Shown here in pieces: positions 59,109 to 64,000 of a stretch of 64,000 nt of DNA. The DNA is from Acidobacteriota bacterium. Lineage in GTDB: Bacteria; Acidobacteriota; UBA6911; RPQK01; JADFOI01. Below the pieces are notes generated by a model that made no database searches, was not told where the DNA came from, and saw only the letters and a list, made by a program, of their open reading frames with translations. The number at the start of each line of letters is the position of its first letter. Position 1 is the first letter of the stretch. The stretch lies in contig OY760074.1 in the NCBI GenBank assembly GCA_963663035.1, forward strand, positions 2,976,001-3,040,000. The letters run 5' to 3'. Position numbers and translations under genes: made by a program.

Positions 59109-59747
59109 GTGCCTGGCAAATTCATCACGCTGGAAGGGATTGAAGGCTCTGGCAAGACCGTGCAAATGGGCCTTCTGGAAGAAGAGTTGGGGAGGCGCGA
59201 GATTCGTTTCATGACCACGCAACAGCCCGGAGGAACACCCTTTGGGAAGGAAGTCCGTCGAATTCTCTTGCACAAAGATGGTGCCGACCGTGAACCGATG
59301 GCGGAGCTGCTGCTCTACCTGGCCGATCGCTTTCAACACCTCAAAGAAGTTATCGAACCGGCCTTGATCCAGGGTCTTCATGTCATTTGTGACCGTTATC
59401 ATGACGCCACTCTCGCCTACCAAGGGCATGCTCGGGGCATCGGCTTCACGACCGTCGATCAATTAGCTGAGATCTTGCAAGTCAGACAACCAGACCTGAC
59501 TCTGGTTCTGGACCTGGAAGTGGAACTCGGTCTGAAGCGAGCATGTGAGAGAAATCAAAAGGAAAACAGTGAGACATGGGGGAGGTTTGAAGAGGAGGAT
59601 TTGGAATTTCACCGCAGGGTAAGAGAAGGCTATCAGCTCCTGGCCAGAAGGGATCCCGATCGAGTACTACTGGTAAACGCTTCGCAAACTCAGGAAGCGG
59701 TTTTCCAGGAACTTCTGAGTCTGCTTGAGCAGCAAGGGATTCAATGA
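59109..59747 (+). CDS. tmk: Thymidylate kinase
   Basis: FITLEGIEGSGKT, ICDRY, AYQG, PDLT. Confidence 0.96.
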   Translation: MPGKFITLEGIEGSGKTVQMGLLEEELGRREIRFMTTQQPGGTPFGKEVRRILLHKDGADREPMAELLLYLADRFQHLKEVIEPALIQGLHVICDRYHDATLAYQGHARGIGFTTVDQLAEILQVRQPDLTLVLDLEVELGLKRACERNQKENSETWGRFEEEDLEFHRRVREGYQLLARRDPDRVLLVNASQTQEAVFQELLSLLEQQGIQ

Positions 59748-60754
59748 GACTGAGCAATTTTGTTGGCAATCACCGCATCGTTGCACTCCTGCGCCGCGGT
59801 CGCCTTCCCCAAGCAAGCCTTTTCACGGGTCCCGAGGGCGTCGGAAAAAAGACCCTCGGATTGAGCCTGGCTGCCTTAGCCAGCTGTAAGGATCCGGCAG
59901 GAGCTGAGCTGTGCGGAAAGTGCTCTTCCTGTGTAAAGGCGGCAGCCGGCTATCATCCGGACATCCTGCTTTTCCAACCCCACAAGAATCTCATCCGAAT
60001 TGAGGCGATGCGCAAGCTCAACCGGGAAGTCCACTTTCGGCCCTTCGAAGGGCGCCTTCGGTTTTTCATCATTGATCAAGCGGAAACCCTGACCGAAAAG
60101 GCCGCCAATTGCATTTTGAAGACAGTCGAGGAACCTCCCGAGACCTCGCGTATTCTTCTGATCAGTGCTTTTCCTCACCGCCTCCTCCTCACCCTGCGCT
60201 CACGCTGCCAGGTCTTCTCTTTCCGCCCTTTAGATCGGAAAGCAATTCAGGGGTGCCTGGAAAATCATTTGAAAACGGATAATTTGGAAATGCGAGCCGC
60301 CTTGGCCGAAGGAAGCATCGCCAAAGCCCTGGAGCTGGATCTTGAAGAGACTCTCGAGCGACGGGATCGTATGCTGGAACTGTTGACCTCCTGGTGTCGG
60401 CAGGAGTCATTCGAAGTCCTATACAAGAGTTGTGAAGAACCCCCTTTGAGAAGCGAGCTCAAAACGCGCGAGGGTGTTCGAGGCTATCTGGATCTGCTAC
60501 AACGACTCGGAGAAGATCTGTATTTCCTTCAAGTGAGCACCCCTGAACGGCTGGTCAATCGGGATCGAATGGAAAATCTGAAGGAACTTTCAGAAGACCT
60601 CGAGTTGAATTGGGTGAGGGAGTTCCTCTACCATGTGGACCAGTCGAGATGGGAGATCGACCATTACGTGAATCCGCTAATGTGTTTTGAGACACTTTGG
60701 CTCATGAGTTCTGGAAAGCATTCCAATGTTGGAAATCGTTACGGTCAAGTTTGA
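59744..60754 (+). CDS. holB: DNA polymerase III delta-prime subunit
   Basis: GPEGVGK, CGKCSSC, HPD, AANCILKTVEEPP, SRCQ; follows tmk. Confidence 0.92.
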   Translation: MRLSNFVGNHRIVALLRRGRLPQASLFTGPEGVGKKTLGLSLAALASCKDPAGAELCGKCSSCVKAAAGYHPDILLFQPHKNLIRIEAMRKLNREVHFRPFEGRLRFFIIDQAETLTEKAANCILKTVEEPPETSRILLISAFPHRLLLTLRSRCQVFSFRPLDRKAIQGCLENHLKTDNLEMRAALAEGSIAKALELDLEETLERRDRMLELLTSWCRQESFEVLYKSCEEPPLRSELKTREGVRGYLDLLQRLGEDLYFLQVSTPERLVNRDRMENLKELSEDLELNWVREFLYHVDQSRWEIDHYVNPLMCFETLWLMSSGKHSNVGNRYGQV

Positions 60755-61394
60755 GACCAATAAGACAACTGCCAACCTTTTGGCCCGTGACGTAGAGCTG
60801 CGGGTAGGTGATCGCTGCATCGTGAGCACCAAGCGGGGGGTTGAGCTGGGTCTTGTGATCAATGGACGCAAGGCTGAGAATCTTGATCTGGGTGAGTCCA
60901 AAGTGAATAAGGCTCTGAGGAAAGCGACTGAACGGGACCTTTATCTTCATGAGAAGAAGAAAGACCAAGAGGCTCACGCCCAGCAATTATGCAGGAAATT
61001 GATTAGAGCCCAGAAGCTCCCCATGAAGCTCTCCAAAACTGAGTATATCTTTGACGGCAGCCGGGTCATTTTCTATTTTACCTCAACGCGGCGTGTTGAT
61101 TTTCGAGAGCTGGTGAAAGGCTTGGCTCGTCGATTGCGGGCCCGAATCGAAATGCGCCAGATTGGTGCACGTGATGAGGCCAAGTTAATTGGTGGAATGG
61201 GGTGCTGCGGTCTAGGTGAAAACTGCTCTGCCAAGTTCTTGAAGGAATTAAGATCTGTCAGTGTCCGGGCAGCCAAGGAACAAGGTCTGACGGTGAACCC
61301 TGGCCGTTTATCCGGCATGTGTGGGCGACTGAAGTGCTGCCTGAATTATGAGGTCAATGCTACGGGCAGCTGTGGGAGTGGAGCCTGCGGTTAG
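60726..61394 (+). CDS. ricT: PSP1-domain / RicT (YaaT)-like protein
   Basis: RVDFRELVK, RIEMRQIGARDEA, SGMCGRLKCCLNYE; tmk-holB-ricT synteny. Confidence 0.88.
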   Translation: MLEIVTVKFETNKTTANLLARDVELRVGDRCIVSTKRGVELGLVINGRKAENLDLGESKVNKALRKATERDLYLHEKKKDQEAHAQQLCRKLIRAQKLPMKLSKTEYIFDGSRVIFYFTSTRRVDFRELVKGLARRLRARIEMRQIGARDEAKLIGGMGCCGLGENCSAKFLKELRSVSVRAAKEQGLTVNPGRLSGMCGRLKCCLNYEVNATGSCGSGACG

Positions 61395-61663
61395 TGCTCA
61401 CTTCCATAAATACGGTGATCTTTGTTGCGGCCGCTGCGCCCACGGATTCAAGGCGCTCCGACGAGTCGATACGGAAAATCGGCGAGGAGAAGCAACAAAG
61501 AAGACGGGGGTGCAGCGCCGCAACCCTTTGGGCGGAGGGGGGTTGTGGTCGATCTCTTCGTCGCTCGTCGTCGACGATGTCCGGACATCGCCTCCTTCTC
61601 GCTCCTCGACCTCGCCTCACAAGCCCCCTCCGCAAATGTCACCCTATTTATGGAAGGGAGCAC
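61394..61663 (-). mobile_element. Structured repeat family B, copy B4 (270 bp)
   Basis: IR gtgctcacttccataaata / tatttatggaagggagcac; fills the gap between two convergent TAG stops exactly. Confidence 0.92.
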
Positions 61664-62104
61664 CTAACCCTCTCCTTCTGTGGCTTTCTCGTTTTCTTCT
61701 TTCAGTTTCTTGCCCCACTCTTGAAAACGCTCCACCTCAGCCGAGGAATGATTGCTCTCGACAAATTGTTCGCAGACTTCTATCGCCTCCAGAAAGGCTT
61801 TTTGCTTCTCTAAGGCCCGAATCAGTTTCTCATAGGCTTCTGCCCACTTAGGGTTATATGTCACCGCCTGTCGGTACCTCTCCGCTGCAGCCTTGAAGTT
61901 GTCACGGCGGTAGTAGAAATCGCCGACTTCTACATGCTCTCTAGCCTTCAGGGGGTCAGGTTCGGGAGGAGTTTCCTGAACCTGCTCATCCGTGGGATCC
62001 ACCCGAATGAGCACTGGTTTCCTCTTGGATTGCTGTTCCTGGCCCAACAGAGGACAAGCAAGAAGCAGGAGAAAAAAGGCATGAAAATAGATGAAAGACC
62101 TCAT
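61664..62104 (-). CDS. Secreted TPR protein
   Basis: Signal peptide, VGDFYYRRDNFKAAAERYRQA TPR. Confidence 0.8.
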   Translation of the reverse strand: MRSFIYFHAFFLLLLACPLLGQEQQSKRKPVLIRVDPTDEQVQETPPEPDPLKAREHVEVGDFYYRRDNFKAAAERYRQAVTYNPKWAEAYEKLIRALEKQKAFLEAIEVCEQFVESNHSSAEVERFQEWGKKLKEENEKATEGEG

Positions 62105-62117
62105 CTGTTAAGAAGTC

Positions 62118-62146
62118 AGTTTATTTCACTTTTTACCTCTTGTCAA
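62118..62146 (-). promoter_or_regulatory. Sigma-70 promoter of the TPR gene
   Basis: TTGACA, 17 bp spacer, TAAACT. Confidence 0.7.
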
Positions 62147-62257
62147 AACTGAAAGAGGATGCTAGGCTATGTGTCAGTAAGCTTTTTCAAGCATCTGAAC
62201 CTTTATCAATTGTCCGTCTAACGTTGAGGGAGAGGGTTTTTTCTGAGGTAGATCGTT

Positions 62258-62620
62258 ATGGTTAACCGGAAACTAATTCGTCCGTCGCTGTCCAATCTGC
62301 GAGAGCAACCACCGTCGAAATACGTTGAGAGCCAAAGAAAGAGGGTGCCTCCAGAAGGGACCAATGCCGAGCAGTACTACTATCTCAAGCAAATGTCGAG
62401 CAAGACCCCGATGGTGGTAACTCTGCTTGACGGTGAGGAAATCTTCGGAATGATTGAATGGTATGACAAAAGCTGCATCAAAGTGAACCGGGAAACCAAG
62501 CCGAACTTGCTCATCCCAAAACACGTCATCAAATATATCTACAAAGAAAACGAAGTCAAAGAATTTGGCGGAAACGTCATATTCGAGAGCGAGAGTGAGA
62601 GTGAGAGTGAGAGTGAGTGA
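62258..62620 (+). CDS. Hfq-like Sm-fold RNA chaperone with acidic (ES)n tail
   Basis: TPMVVTLLDGEEIFGMIEWYDK (Sm1) and LLIPKHVI (Sm2-like). Confidence 0.75.
   Translation: MVNRKLIRPSLSNLREQPPSKYVESQRKRVPPEGTNAEQYYYLKQMSSKTPMVVTLLDGEEIFGMIEWYDKSCIKVNRETKPNLLIPKHVIKYIYKENEVKEFGGNVIFESESESESESE
62585..62617 (+). repeat. Hexamer microsatellite (GAGAGT)n encoding the ES tail
   Basis: gagagc gagagt x4 gag, then the stop. Confidence 0.9.
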
Positions 62621-62626
62621 GATGAA

Positions 62627-63616
62627 ATGAAGCAGGCTGAACCCGTGAAGGGGTTTCCCGTCGTTTTCTCGACAGGGGATCCTCATGGGATCGGCCCAGA
62701 AGTCATCCTGAAAGCACTTCCCAGATTCCTCGCCTCGCAAACCATTCACCCTATTATTTTTGGAGATGCCAAGTACCTCAAAGGACTTCGGCAGGACCTG
62801 GGTTTGTCTCCAGATCTGGATCAGGTGGAGGTCATCACGGCTGCTCATTATGACTATCCTCCCGCCTGGGGGAAATTGGAGGAGAAAGCCGGCCACTTTG
62901 CCCTGCAGTGCTTGCGCCGCGCCGTCCAGTATTGCCGAGACAAAGGTCTCCCACTGCTGGTGACCGGACCAATCAACAAGAAAGCCACCCATCTTGCGGG
63001 ATCTGCCAATCCAGGTCAGACTGAGGCAGTGGCCTCCTTTTTCCCGGACAGTGAGCCGGTCATGACTTTTTTTTCAGATCGCCTGCGGGTTCTTCTCCTC
63101 ACCGTTCATATTCCTCTGCGGGAAGTCCCGTCAGCCCTCGACCCCGATGAGCTGGTGCGCAAGACCGAGGCTTTCCTTGAAGCCCTGCGCTCGATTGGAA
63201 TTCCTCAGCCTCGACTGGCTCTTTGCGGTCTGAACCCTCACGCTTCCGAGGAAGGTCTATTTGGTGAAGAGGAGCAAACCGTTCTCGAGCCTGCCGTTCA
63301 AATCTTGAACCAAAGGCACGGTTCCGACACAGTCACTGGCCCTTTTCCTGCCGACACGATTTTCCGTAGAGCCCTTGCAAACGAATTTGACGGTGTCATC
63401 GCCTTATACCACGACCAGGGGCTGATTCCTCTGAAACTGGTGGCATTCGAATCTGCAGTCAACGTGACCCTGGGTCTTCCACTGCTACGAACCTCCCCTG
63501 ATCATGGGACCGCCTTTGAAATCGCAGGACTTGGTGTCGCCGATGCCCAAAGCATGGGTGCGGCCATTGAATGGGGAATCCGGCTGGCTAAGCCTAGAAG
63601 CCGGGATTATGCATAG
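62627..63616 (+). CDS. pdxA: 4-hydroxythreonine-4-phosphate dehydrogenase
   Basis: GDPHGIGPE, TGPINK, GLNPHA, PADT, YHDQGL, RTSPDHGTAF. Confidence 0.93.
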   Translation: MKQAEPVKGFPVVFSTGDPHGIGPEVILKALPRFLASQTIHPIIFGDAKYLKGLRQDLGLSPDLDQVEVITAAHYDYPPAWGKLEEKAGHFALQCLRRAVQYCRDKGLPLLVTGPINKKATHLAGSANPGQTEAVASFFPDSEPVMTFFSDRLRVLLLTVHIPLREVPSALDPDELVRKTEAFLEALRSIGIPQPRLALCGLNPHASEEGLFGEEEQTVLEPAVQILNQRHGSDTVTGPFPADTIFRRALANEFDGVIALYHDQGLIPLKLVAFESAVNVTLGLPLLRTSPDHGTAFEIAGLGVADAQSMGAAIEWGIRLAKPRSRDYA

Positions 63617-63746
63617 GTTTTCGTGACGAAGTGCCGCTGGCGCCGCGATGACAAGGAGCCCAAGGGGTACCCGCTTGCGGGTCGCACAACGCAGTCAGCG
63701 TGGATGATTGCGGCACTGCAGTAGAAAACTTATGCATTATCCCGGC
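63600..63746 (+). mobile_element. Structured repeat family A', copy 2 (147 bp, internally deleted)
   Basis: IR gccgggattatgcata / tatgcattatcccggc; near-identical to 40082-40289 minus the central modules. Confidence 0.93.
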
Positions 63747-64000
63747 TAAGGACATGCTCATAGGCTCGTTGGCAAGCTTGCAGATTGAAGTGAACAAGAG
63801 CCTCGCTCGAAAACAAGAAGGCTTGCCCTAAAGCCCGGTAGAACTTCGCCAGATCGCCCACTTCGTAAAGAGGCACAAGGTACTCCGCCTTCAGGAGAAA
63901 GTAGTGGGAGAAAAGCGAGACAGTCAGCCGGGAGAATTTCGGGAAGGGGTGAATCTCGTACAGCCGCATCTGGGAGAGGCTCATCTGCTCGATGGCATGC
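63730..64000 (-). CDS. C-terminal part of a Fic-like protein with degenerate active-site loop
   Basis: HAIEQMSLSQMRLYEIHPFPKFSR resembles the Fic helix plus HPF motif but lacks GNGR; 5' end outside the window. Confidence 0.55.
   Translation of the reverse strand, partial: HAIEQMSLSQMRLYEIHPFPKFSRLTVSLFSHYFLLKAEYLVPLYEVGDLAKFYRALGQAFLFSSEALVHFNLQACQRAYEHVLSRDNA

Noticed and set aside
18581-63746. Repeats as a CRISPR array or integron attC sites
   Set aside because: They are dispersed, with no repeat-spacer periodicity, no cas or integrase gene, and housekeeping genes between them.

Overview
A 64 kb bacterial chromosomal window of mostly housekeeping genes. Gene content and style suggest Acidobacteriota (inference). 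It carries a secreted ankyrin protein, a cyclase-TPR-degenerate HD-GYP fusion, a membrane Ser/Thr kinase, a sigma-70 factor, a Gld-like ABC system, lon, E. coli-type frdABCD, rimP-nusA-infB-DHH-truB-cobB, three M16 peptidases, a ParB-like/SplB-like radical SAM pair, pcrA, htrA, ald, hrcA-grpE-dnaJ-rsmE, NrdR-controlled nrdJ, tmk-holB-ricT, an Hfq-like gene and pdxA. No rRNA, tRNA, CRISPR array or transposase was seen. The standout signal is non-coding: 15 copies of dispersed, highly structured 24-272 bp elements in four families, called here A, A', B and C. A, A' and C share internal modules. The elements have covarying, G.U-polarised terminal stems, sit at TAA/TTA/TAG-like sites often on stop codons, and nest in one another. 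They collapse to 24-bp scars and supply start codons, stop codons and C-terminal peptides to host genes. Family B has a conserved crossed (GAG)n/(CTC)n and (GAC)n/(GTC)n pairing pattern. Several frameshifts and one noisy duplication look like long-read consensus errors.
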